Shown here one piece after another: positions 47,462-55,864 of a stretch of DNA of 64,000 nt; position 1 is the first letter of the stretch; each line of letters opens with the position of its first letter. The position numbers and the translations under genes were made by a program. Source of the DNA: Alkalispirochaeta sp. (lineage in GTDB: Bacteria > Spirochaetota > Spirochaetia > DSM-27196 > Alkalispirochaetaceae). The stretch covers positions 32,001 to 96,000 of the forward strand of contig OZ271854.1 in assembly GCA_965601925.1 (NCBI GenBank), in the 5' to 3' direction. Below the pieces are notes generated by a model. That model had not been told where the DNA came from, did no database searches, and saw only the letters and a program-made list of their open reading frames with translations.

Positions 47462-48731
47462 CGTCATCGTCGTCGACGACGAGGCGGTGGTGCGTGTGGG
47501 CCTTCGGGCGATCGTCGACTGGGAGTCGTACGGTTTCAGGCTCCGCGGGGAGTTTGCCGACGGAAGGGCCGCCCTCGAGTTCCTCAAAGGCGCGACGATC
47601 GACCTGGTCATTACCGATATTCGTATGCCCGTCGGGGACGGACTGTTCCTCCTGGACAAGCTGCGCCGTCTGCCGCACCCCCCGCTGTCGGTCGTGCTCA
47701 GCGGCCACGATGATTTCGATCTCGTACGCCGAGCCCTCCTCCTCGGCGCGGAGGATTACCTTCTGAAAATCGATACCAAGGCGGAGGACTTGGGAAGAAT
47801 CCTCCGGGAAATGGGACGTCGCCTCGATGAGCGTCGGGGCACACTCCGTAGGGACGGGACGACGACGCCCGCCGCCTCGATACAGAGTGTCGCCGGAACC
47901 GGCCGCGACCGGGTGCGCGATCTGATCGACGACGGCGCCGCGAGTGAGGAGGCGCTGCGCGAAGCCCTCGCAGCCGGCGGCCTCACCCTCCGGCAATCCA
48001 CCGTTACGTGTATCGTGATCGCCTATCGTCTCGGGGAGTCGACCACCACCGCCCTCCCCGACGCTCGAGGCGTGAACGACGAGTCGGTATGCGCTACCGT
48101 GGAGGAGGTCGTCCGCCACCGCGTGTCGGGGCTGTGTATCGGCGGGAAGACGGGTGAGTGCCTTATCCTGGTCGACGGTGAACGTGAGGTGGAGTCGACG
48201 ACGGACGTCATCTCCGAGCTCCTCTTGGCGTATCTCAACCTCTCGGTCTCGATCACCGTCGGTGTCGGTGATGCGACGCTCGACGGCATACGCGCGGCCT
48301 ACGCCGACGCCTCTCGATCGCGGCGACCGGTCGAGCCATCCGGAGGATCCCTTCCGGACGACGGTAATCTCCACACCGACCGGCTCCGCCGCCGTGTCGT
48401 CGGCGAGGCGGAGCGCTACATAGCGCAGAACTTTCATCGCGACATATCGCTCACCGAGGTTGCGGAATCGGTCGATCTGAGCCCCGCCTACTTCAGCACG
48501 CTCTTTCACCGCCATACCGGATCGACCTTCCTGACCTACCTGGCCGGGGTACGTATCGAGCACGCGAAGCGGTTGCTGGTCGAGACGCACGCCAAGATAT
48601 ACGAGATAGCCGAACGATCGGGGTTTCGCAGTAGCCAGTACTTCAGCCGAATCTTTCGCCGGGCGACGGGGCTCTCTCCCGGGCGGTTCCGGGACGCCGC
48701 CCCGCTCCAATCGAAAGAACGTACACAATAA
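47454..48731 (+). CDS. YesN-like response regulator (REC plus AraC HTH)
   Basis: 'VVDDE..RVGL', 'TDIRMP', 'LSPAYFSTLF', 'GFRSSQYFSRIF'. Confidence 0.93.
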   Translation: MYDVIVVDDEAVVRVGLRAIVDWESYGFRLRGEFADGRAALEFLKGATIDLVITDIRMPVGDGLFLLDKLRRLPHPPLSVVLSGHDDFDLVRRALLLGAEDYLLKIDTKAEDLGRILREMGRRLDERRGTLRRDGTTTPAASIQSVAGTGRDRVRDLIDDGAASEEALREALAAGGLTLRQSTVTCIVIAYRLGESTTTALPDARGVNDESVCATVEEVVRHRVSGLCIGGKTGECLILVDGEREVESTTDVISELLLAYLNLSVSITVGVGDATLDGIRAAYADASRSRRPVEPSGGSLPDDGNLHTDRLRRRVVGEAERYIAQNFHRDISLTEVAESVDLSPAYFSTLFHRHTGSTFLTYLAGVRIEHAKRLLVETHAKIYEIAERSGFRSSQYFSRIFRRATGLSPGRFRDAAPLQSKERTQ

Positions 48732-48866
48732 GCAAAACTCGCACACCCTTTGTGTCCTGCGCCGGCCGCTCGGAGGCCTGTGGTGAACGATTTCGTAACA
48801 ATCTCACATGGCGAGTCCGCACGTCCCGTGGGACAATTTCTCAGCTTATAAAAAAGGGGGATCGGA

Positions 48867-50144
48867 ATGCGAATCATTCGAACCGTAGCCGGCCTTGTCG
48901 GGTTATTGCTTCTTGCCGCCGCGCTCTTTGCCGCGGGCTCACAGGAAAGCGGAAACGAGGGAGGGGATACGACGGTACTGCGCGTCGCCCTATGGGACTA
49001 CGAGTCTCTGGGATACGACAGACAGATCATGGAGCGCTATATGGAGCTCAACCCCGACGTCGAGATCGAGGTGTTCGACAGCACCGCAGCGGACTACGAC
49101 AGCCGTCTGGCGGTTATGCTTACCGGCGGCGAGGAGATTGACGTCTATTACGCCAAGAACATGAACCTCTACGGCGGCGTCATCCGACGGAACCAAGCGC
49201 GTCCTCTCAACGATTTGATCGAACGGGACAATATCGATCTGTCGGGGTACGGCGATCGCATCAATGCGATCAGCGTCGACGGAACGGTATACGGCCTGCC
49301 GTATCGCAGCGACAGCATCGTCCTCTATTACAACAGACGGATCTTCGACGAGGCGGGCGAGCCCTATCCGACGCACGATTGGACGTGGGACGACTTCGAA
49401 CGGACCGCGGCGCGCCTGTCCCGCGGCGAGGGCCAGGATCGCGTGTGGGGTGCGCTCCTCAGGATGCGTCAGAACATGTGGTACACGCCGGCGCTGCAAC
49501 TGGATATGGGTAACCTCCTTACCGGTGACCTGGAGATGATGCGCCCCGCGTTGGAGCTCCAGATGCGCATGACGACCGAGACGCGCTCAGCGATGGATTG
49601 GGCGACGATCAAATCTCAGGGATCGAGCGAGCGCGCCGTCTTCGGTCAGGATAGAACGGCGCTGCACTTCAATGGCACGTGGTTTATTAATCAGCTCATC
49701 GTCGACGAGGGGGCGGGGCGCCACAACGTCGACTGGGATATGGTGCGGCTTCCGACGTGGGTGGGCATGCCGACCGGCACGCGCTCCATCAACACGCCGG
49801 TGGTCATCAATCCGCGGACCGAGAATCTCGAGGCGGCGTGGGATCTCGTTCAGTTCATCGCCGGGCAGGAGGGCGCCAAGATCTTGGCCGAGAACCTCCT
49901 TATCCCGGGATGGCTCGACGACGAGGTATTTGAAGTGTTGACGACCAACCCCGACTTTCCCGCCGGAGGAATCGAAGGGCTTGAGTACGAACGCGCCTAT
50001 CTCGATCTACCGCCCCAAGAGGGTTCGGGTCTCGTCGGCCAGATGATCTACGAGGAGATTTCACTCGTGGCGACGGAGAACAAGGGTATCGACGAGGCGA
50101 TCGCCGACATGGAGCGTCGCCGCGCCGAGATATTGGCACAGTAG
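48867..50144 (+). CDS. Carbohydrate ABC transporter substrate-binding protein
   Basis: Signal 'LFAAGSQES', 'YGLPY', 'LYYNRRIFDEAG', 'WTWDDF'. Confidence 0.9.
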   Translation: MRIIRTVAGLVGLLLLAAALFAAGSQESGNEGGDTTVLRVALWDYESLGYDRQIMERYMELNPDVEIEVFDSTAADYDSRLAVMLTGGEEIDVYYAKNMNLYGGVIRRNQARPLNDLIERDNIDLSGYGDRINAISVDGTVYGLPYRSDSIVLYYNRRIFDEAGEPYPTHDWTWDDFERTAARLSRGEGQDRVWGALLRMRQNMWYTPALQLDMGNLLTGDLEMMRPALELQMRMTTETRSAMDWATIKSQGSSERAVFGQDRTALHFNGTWFINQLIVDEGAGRHNVDWDMVRLPTWVGMPTGTRSINTPVVINPRTENLEAAWDLVQFIAGQEGAKILAENLLIPGWLDDEVFEVLTTNPDFPAGGIEGLEYERAYLDLPPQEGSGLVGQMIYEEISLVATENKGIDEAIADMERRRAEILAQ

Positions 50145-50178
50145 GACGCATACAAATCGATGCCGACCATCATAGATC

Positions 50179-50216
50179 GGGGGGCGCCGCCTCGGACCGG
50201 CCGAAGGCGCCCCTTC
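50179..50216 (+). other. Intercistronic hairpin after the SBP gene
   Basis: GGGGCGCC...GGCGCCCC stem between SBP and permease. Confidence 0.45.
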
Positions 50217-50251
50217 ACAGCCGAAACTTCGAAAAAGGACGTACCGCACCG

Positions 50252-51175
50252 ATGAGCTCGACCGTCGCGACGATCGACGTCGCTCCCAAACGCGCCCTCG
50301 TCAAGCGCAACCGGCGCATCGCATATCTCTTTCTCCTCCCCAACGCGATCGGCTTCTTGCTCTTCACCTTCGGCCCGGTCGTCTTCGCTCTGGTGCTCAG
50401 TTTCGTATCGTGGGACGGCGCCAACCCGCCCGAGTGGGTGGGTATGCGCAACATTGTGCGTCTGTTCGGCGATACGGGATTTCTTATCTCCTTGCGCAAC
50501 ACGGTGATCTACACCGCGACGGTCGTGCCCGGCACGGTCGCCCTCGCGCTCTTTTTGGCGGTGGTACTCAACAACGGCGTCAGGCGGGGTCTCACCTTCT
50601 TTCGCGCCGTGCACTTCTTTCCCCACATCGCCTCCATCGTCGCCGTGAGCGTCGTGTGGCAATTTCTTTTTCACGCCGAAATTGGACCGATCAACGCCTT
50701 TCTCCGATTTTTGGGCATCGAGAATCCTCCTCGATGGACCGCCTCGACGACATGGGCGCTCCCGTCGGTGATCATCGTCAATATTTGGCGACTCCAGGGG
50801 CGTTACATGGTGATGTACCTGGCGGGACTCCAGACGATTCCCAGCCAGCTTTACGAGGCGGCGACGATCGACGGCGCCGGTGGGTGGCAGAAGTTCCGCT
50901 TCATCACCGTACCGATGCTCAATCCCACGACCTTTTTGGTCGTCGTTATGTGCGTCATCAACTCATTCAAGGTCTTCTCCACGGTATTCATTATGACCGA
51001 AGGGGGACCGGGACGGGCGACCACGGTGCTCGTCTACTCGATATATACCGAAGCGTTCATCAACTACCGCTTCGGATATGCGTCGGCGATATCGATGGTG
51101 CTGTTCGCGATGATCATGGCGGTCACTCTCGTTCAGTTTCGCGCCCAAGAGCGGCACAACCGCTTCGTCGATTGA
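50252..51175 (+). CDS. Carbohydrate ABC transporter permease (MalF-like)
   Basis: EAA motif 'LAGLQTIPSQLYEAATIDGA'. Confidence 0.93.
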   Translation: MSSTVATIDVAPKRALVKRNRRIAYLFLLPNAIGFLLFTFGPVVFALVLSFVSWDGANPPEWVGMRNIVRLFGDTGFLISLRNTVIYTATVVPGTVALALFLAVVLNNGVRRGLTFFRAVHFFPHIASIVAVSVVWQFLFHAEIGPINAFLRFLGIENPPRWTASTTWALPSVIIVNIWRLQGRYMVMYLAGLQTIPSQLYEAATIDGAGGWQKFRFITVPMLNPTTFLVVVMCVINSFKVFSTVFIMTEGGPGRATTVLVYSIYTEAFINYRFGYASAISMVLFAMIMAVTLVQFRAQERHNRFVD

Positions 51176-51182
51176 GCGTGCC

Positions 51183-52028
51183 ATGAAAGAGCTATCCGTA
51201 CCGATGCCGCACATACGCCCCAAAACGCTTGTGCTCTATCTGATTATCTCACTTTCGACGGCGACGATGCTTCTGCCCTTCGTGTGGATGCTCTCCTCGT
51301 CGCTCAAGGCGGAGTTCGAGGTCTTTCGGTTTCCCATTCAGTGGATACCGCGCGACTTCGTCTGGTCCAACTACGGCGACGTGTGGCGGACCATCGACTT
51401 CGGCCGCTACTACCTCAACTCGCTCCAACTGCTGGTGGCGGCCACCGCGCTCCAAGTCGCGACCAGCAGCCTCGCAGGGTACGCCTTTGCCAAGATTCCC
51501 TTTCCAGAGCGCAACGTCCTCTTCCTTGGGTATCTCGCGACCCTGATGATTCCCATTCAGGTCATCATGGTGCCGCAGTTCATGGTGATGCGGGGACTGG
51601 GACTCATCAACTCGTTGTGGGGTCTCTCACTCGTACTCGCCTTCAACCCCTTCGGCGTCTTTCTCTTCCGGCAGTTTTTCTCCGCCATTCCCAACGAACT
51701 GTCGGAATCGGCACGTCTCGACGGACTCAATGAGTTCGGTATCTATCGCAGAATCATACTGCCCCTCTCCAAACCGGCGATCGCCGCCCTCACGATCTTT
51801 ACCTCAGTCGTCGTGTGGAACGACTTCCTCGCCTCCTTGATCTATCTCAACAGTCCGGCAAAGCGCACCGTACAGCTCGGGATTCGCTCCTTCGTCAGTC
51901 AGTACTCGACGGAGTACGCCCTCATCATGGCCGCATCGGTCATGTCGTTGCTGCCCGTGGTCGCCATCTTCGTCGTCGCGCAACGTTCCTTTGTAGAGGG
52001 AGTCGCTATGTCCGGTCTTAAGGGGTAA
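51183..52028 (+). CDS. Carbohydrate ABC transporter permease (MalG-like)
   Basis: 'RQFFSAIPNELSESARLDG', 'WNDF', C-terminal 'GLKG'. Confidence 0.93.
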   Translation: MKELSVPMPHIRPKTLVLYLIISLSTATMLLPFVWMLSSSLKAEFEVFRFPIQWIPRDFVWSNYGDVWRTIDFGRYYLNSLQLLVAATALQVATSSLAGYAFAKIPFPERNVLFLGYLATLMIPIQVIMVPQFMVMRGLGLINSLWGLSLVLAFNPFGVFLFRQFFSAIPNELSESARLDGLNEFGIYRRIILPLSKPAIAALTIFTSVVVWNDFLASLIYLNSPAKRTVQLGIRSFVSQYSTEYALIMAASVMSLLPVVAIFVVAQRSFVEGVAMSGLKG

Positions 52029-52031
52029 GCC

Positions 52032-53171
52032 GTGCAGATTACCAACATAGAGCCGATTCTCGCCGACCGATATCTCTTCGTCGTCGTAGAGACCGACGAC
52101 GGTATCACCGGATACGGCGAGTGCGGTAGCTGGGCGCACCTCGCGCCCACCGCCGAGGCGGTCCGTCAAATGGCGCGCTACCTCGTGGGGCGCGATCCGC
52201 TGTGTATCGAGGATCACTGGCAGGCGATATACCGCGCGTATCACTTTCGCGGCGCGGTTATTATGGGCGCCCTCAGCGGGATCGATATCGCCCTGTGGGA
52301 CATCGCCGGCAAACACTTCGACGCGCCGATCCACCGCCTCCTCGGCGGCCCGTGCCGAAAGCGCCTGCGCGCTTACTTCCATGTGCGGGGAGAGACCGCC
52401 GAGGAGTTAGTCGTCCGCTGCAGGGAGGCGAAGGAGCTCGGCTTTACCGCAGTGGGACACCTCAACCCGTACCTCGACGAGTCGCGCGATACGACCTACT
52501 TTGAGCCCCACGCCCGGAAGCTGGGCGCCGCGGTCCGGCGCGTCGTGGCGTTCCGAGAGGCGGTGGGCGACGAGGTGGACCTCTGCATCGAGCTTCACCG
52601 GAGGCTGACCCCGGCCGAGGCGATTCCCCTGTCCCGAGAGCTCGCGCCGTTGCGTCCGATGTTTCTCGAGGATCCGATCAAGCCGGATAGTCTATCAGCG
52701 ATGATCGACGTCGCGCATCGCTCCCCCGTCCCCATCGCGACGGGAGAACGGTTGCACACGATCCATGAGTTTGCCGAGCTTCTCTCATCGGGCGGAGTCA
52801 AGTATGTCAGACCGGATCTGTGTCTCGCCGGGGGCATCACCCACGTTAAGAAGATCGCCGCCGTCGCCGAGGCGTTCGACGTAGCGGTCGTGCCCCACAA
52901 TCCTCTCGGCCCGATCAGCACCGCCGCGTGCGTCCAACTGGGCGCCGCGATCCCCAACTTTGCCCTCCAGGAGTACAACCAGTTGGAGCACGAGAGTGCC
53001 GCGGGCGCGTTGGTGACCTCCCCGGTGGAGCTGGATACGGGCTTCTTGGTGGTACCGACAGGTCCCGGGCTGGGAATCGATCTCGATGCGGCGCGTGCCC
53101 GCCGAACACCGGAAGTCGCGCAATCATTTCAACCCCGTCGCGCCCCGGACGGTTCGGTAGTGGATTATTAG
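52032..53171 (+). CDS. Mandelate racemase/MLE-family acid-sugar dehydratase (DgoD-like)
   Basis: 'GALSGIDIALWDIAGK', 'FLEDP', 'IATGERL', 'VPHNPLGP', 'PTGPGLG'. Confidence 0.88.
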   Translation: MQITNIEPILADRYLFVVVETDDGITGYGECGSWAHLAPTAEAVRQMARYLVGRDPLCIEDHWQAIYRAYHFRGAVIMGALSGIDIALWDIAGKHFDAPIHRLLGGPCRKRLRAYFHVRGETAEELVVRCREAKELGFTAVGHLNPYLDESRDTTYFEPHARKLGAAVRRVVAFREAVGDEVDLCIELHRRLTPAEAIPLSRELAPLRPMFLEDPIKPDSLSAMIDVAHRSPVPIATGERLHTIHEFAELLSSGGVKYVRPDLCLAGGITHVKKIAAVAEAFDVAVVPHNPLGPISTAACVQLGAAIPNFALQEYNQLEHESAAGALVTSPVELDTGFLVVPTGPGLGIDLDAARARRTPEVAQSFQPRRAPDGSVVDY

Positions 53172-53174
53172 CCT

Positions 53175-54215
53175 ATGAAACCACAACGCATTCTTCTCGT
53201 CGGCGACACCAACGTGCGCGCCGCCGAACGCAACGGGATGCCCTTTGCCGATGTCGCCGACCTCTTGGACGGCGGCGACGCGATCATCGGCCACATGGAG
53301 GGGCTTGTCGGCACGGGTGAGCTCTCCTTCAAGAAGAGCTGGACCCACAGCGACGAAGCGTCCGTGGCGGCGTACGCCGACGCGGGCTTCTCCGCCCTAT
53401 GCTGCGCAAGCAACGTGTCCTACGGTACCGACGCGGTGCGCACCACCGTCGAGGTGCTGGAGCGTCATCGCCTCTCTTTTGCCGGTATCGGACTCGACCG
53501 CGAGGAGGCGCACCGTCCCGCGCTAATCGAGGCGTTGGGAATGCGGACGGCGCTGTTCAGTCGTACCTCGGTCTTTCAACCGGTGGGCCACGCCGCGACC
53601 GATGATGGGCCGGGAACGGCGACGATGCCGGCGTACACCGCCTACCGACCTCCCCCACGCGCCCTGGAGATGCCCGGCGCGTCACCGATCGTACTCACAT
53701 GGCCCGATGAGGAGGCGCTTGCCGAGCTGTGCGCGCGGATCGCCGCGGCTAGGCGGAAGGCCGACCTCGTCATCGCCTCTTTTCATTGGGGCGTCTCCGA
53801 CAGCCGACACGTTCACGACTACCAGCGTACGATCGCGAGACGGGTAATAGAAAGCGGGGCGGACGTTGTGTTCGGACACCATCCCCACGTCGTACAGCCG
53901 GTGGAGGTGTGGCGGGGGAGACCCATCTTCTATAGCCTCGGGAACTTCGCCTTCGACTGGGAGCGCATGGCGGCGCGCCACCGCACCGGAATGGTCGTCG
54001 AGTTGGAGGTACGCACCGCCGGGGGCGACGTACACCTCGACGCCGTGCGCCTGGTCCCGGTTTGCCGGAACGATCAAAACCAGATCGTCGCCGTCTCGAT
54101 CGACGACCCCGCCGTGGCGGACGACGTGAAGATCGTCACCCAACGACAGGATGATGGGATCGCTGCCGAAGGCGCCGAGACGCGGCGCCATCTGACCCTT
54201 TCGATGGACTGCTGA
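53175..54215 (+). CDS. CapA/PGA_cap-family metallophosphoesterase-like protein
   Basis: 'VGD', 'FHWG', 'GADVVFGHHPHV', 'YSLGNF'; no signal peptide. Confidence 0.82.
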   Translation: MKPQRILLVGDTNVRAAERNGMPFADVADLLDGGDAIIGHMEGLVGTGELSFKKSWTHSDEASVAAYADAGFSALCCASNVSYGTDAVRTTVEVLERHRLSFAGIGLDREEAHRPALIEALGMRTALFSRTSVFQPVGHAATDDGPGTATMPAYTAYRPPPRALEMPGASPIVLTWPDEEALAELCARIAAARRKADLVIASFHWGVSDSRHVHDYQRTIARRVIESGADVVFGHHPHVVQPVEVWRGRPIFYSLGNFAFDWERMAARHRTGMVVELEVRTAGGDVHLDAVRLVPVCRNDQNQIVAVSIDDPAVADDVKIVTQRQDDGIAAEGAETRRHLTLSMDC

Positions 54216-54440
54216 CGACCAGACCCGACCCGTCCGACGGAGGACGGTGGGATAGCCCTGCTCGGCGTATCGCCCCGCAGGGCCTACTGTTCGCCGCTCG
54301 AGATACCGCTCTTCGGCTCCCGTTACGCGAGTGCGAGGGCGCGCCTGCACGCGGCTCTTCAACCGCCTTGAACCATCGGGTCTGGACGAACAACGAGAAC
54401 GGACGGACGTTCGCCGATTCTGATTCACGACACAGTTAAT

Positions 54441-54502
54441 AAGGTACTTGACGTTACCTTTAAGCTCCAATATACTGCTTAAGGTACTTTTCAGTACCTT
54501 AA
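54441..54502 (+). promoter_or_regulatory. MFS promoter flanked by two AAGGTA-N8-TACCTT operators
   Basis: TTGACG (54448)-17-TATACT (54471); operators at 54441-54460 and 54481-54500, the latter within the inverted repeat TTAAGGTACT-tttc-AGTACCTTAA. Confidence 0.8.
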
Positions 54503-54523
54503 CATCGCACGGGGAGCGTTTCG

Positions 54524-55717
54524 ATGACGGAACAAGGTAAGCTAAAGGGTTTCAGCGGCCTCTCGATGCTGGTGCTTGCCGGAGTCTTTACCGGTTTGAG
54601 CGCGTCACTCGTCGATATCGCCGCGTACTTCGAAATCCCGGCCACTCGGGCGGGGATTCTCTATACGTACCATTTCGTAGGCTTTTTCGGTTTTATCGTG
54701 CTGTCACTACCGGTGTGGAGTGTGCGTCTCCGCCTACGACTGGTGACGTGGACGGCGACGTTCTATGCCATCGCTTTGGCACTTGTCGCCCTCGCACCGA
54801 GCTACACCGTTTTCGCTATTGTACTGATCGTCGTCGGCGGGTGCGGCGGCGTGTTGGAAAGTCATACGGCGACTCTGCAAGTACGCTTGGCCGACAGCCA
54901 AGCCGAAGCCGGGGCGGCGGTCAACACGACACAGGTATTCTTTGCGCTGGGCGCCCTCTGCGCACCCCTGTATATGGCGGCCCGCACCGATTCCGGCGAT
55001 TGGTGGAGATTGCTCTTTGCGACAATGGCCGGCTTTGCGGCGCTCGCAGCGGCGGTTGGTGCGACCTTTCGCGGCGAGCGTTTTCCATCGGTGCGCCGGA
55101 CCACTACGACGGCCTCTCCGACAAAGCCCGGCACGTTGCCGGCGATCTCGATTGCGATGGCTTCATACGTGGGGGCCGAGGTGATTGTGTTCGGCTGGAC
55201 GCCGGCGGTGATGGAGCTGTTTCACGGTATTCCGGCACCGCGCGCACGTTTTGCACCCAGCGTGTTTTGGATCGGTATGTTCATCGGCCGAGTCGTCGTC
55301 GCGCGACTGACGCGTCGCGTATCGCTCCGGGCACTTCTGAACGGTGCGACAACGATTGCGATAGCAGGGGTCGCGCTGCTGGTGCTCGCAAACGGCGAGA
55401 TCGGCCTTTGGCTCGCGACCGGGGTCTGCGCCGTCGCCTTCGCCGGCATCTGGCCGTTGATCGTCACCGTCACGGGCCGGAGGAATCACGAAACGGCGAC
55501 CGGGATCGTCGTGGCCGCCGGAGGTGCCGGGGGTGCAATCTTTCCGTACCTCGCCGGCAGAAGCGCCGAGGTCCTTTCCGGACACCTCATACCGGCGACG
55601 GCGATACCGCTGTTTGCCGTGGTACTGTTCGTCACGGTGCGATTGGGAGTCGGCGATTCGGATATGGGCGCATCCGATGGAGAAAATGAATGCCGTACTA
55701 CGGTGCAACGTCCGTGA
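54524..55717 (+). CDS. MFS transporter
   Basis: About 12 hydrophobic helices; 'YVGAEV', 'FWIGMFIGR', 'AFAGIWP', 'GGAGGAIFP'. Confidence 0.85.
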   Translation: MTEQGKLKGFSGLSMLVLAGVFTGLSASLVDIAAYFEIPATRAGILYTYHFVGFFGFIVLSLPVWSVRLRLRLVTWTATFYAIALALVALAPSYTVFAIVLIVVGGCGGVLESHTATLQVRLADSQAEAGAAVNTTQVFFALGALCAPLYMAARTDSGDWWRLLFATMAGFAALAAAVGATFRGERFPSVRRTTTTASPTKPGTLPAISIAMASYVGAEVIVFGWTPAVMELFHGIPAPRARFAPSVFWIGMFIGRVVVARLTRRVSLRALLNGATTIAIAGVALLVLANGEIGLWLATGVCAVAFAGIWPLIVTVTGRRNHETATGIVVAAGGAGGAIFPYLAGRSAEVLSGHLIPATAIPLFAVVLFVTVRLGVGDSDMGASDGENECRTTVQRP

Positions 55718-55806
55718 CCTCGATCGAACATTACTTGACGATATGGAGTGACGGGAGTCGGCACATGCAAAGATACAACGTCGTCACATTCGCCTCACCC
55801 GATATC

Positions 55807-55826
55807 AAGGTAATGAAAAATACCAT
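55807..55826. promoter_or_regulatory. Third copy of the AAGGTA-N8-TACCTT operator, upstream of the GH94-like gene
   Basis: AAGGTA-atgaaaaa-TACCAT (one mismatch). Confidence 0.6.
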
Positions 55827-55864
55827 GATCCGAACAAACCGCGAGTAAAGTAAAGGAGATACCC

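Noticed and set aside
47121..48746. 541-aa minus-strand ORF opposite the YesM/YesN genes
   Set aside because: Antisense shadow of well-supported genes; no recognisable motifs; long shadow ORFs are expected at this GC content
48712..48746. Possible AraC-type direct repeat upstream of the SBP gene
   Set aside because: Similarity between the two halves is too weak to distinguish from chance
48867..52028. ABC operons lacking an ATPase gene (also 59660-62782)
   Set aside because: Common for carbohydrate ABC systems that share an MsmK/MalK-type ATPase encoded elsewhere
53175..54215. Poly-gamma-glutamate capsule locus
   Set aside because: No capB/capC genes, no membrane anchor, and a sugar-catabolic context
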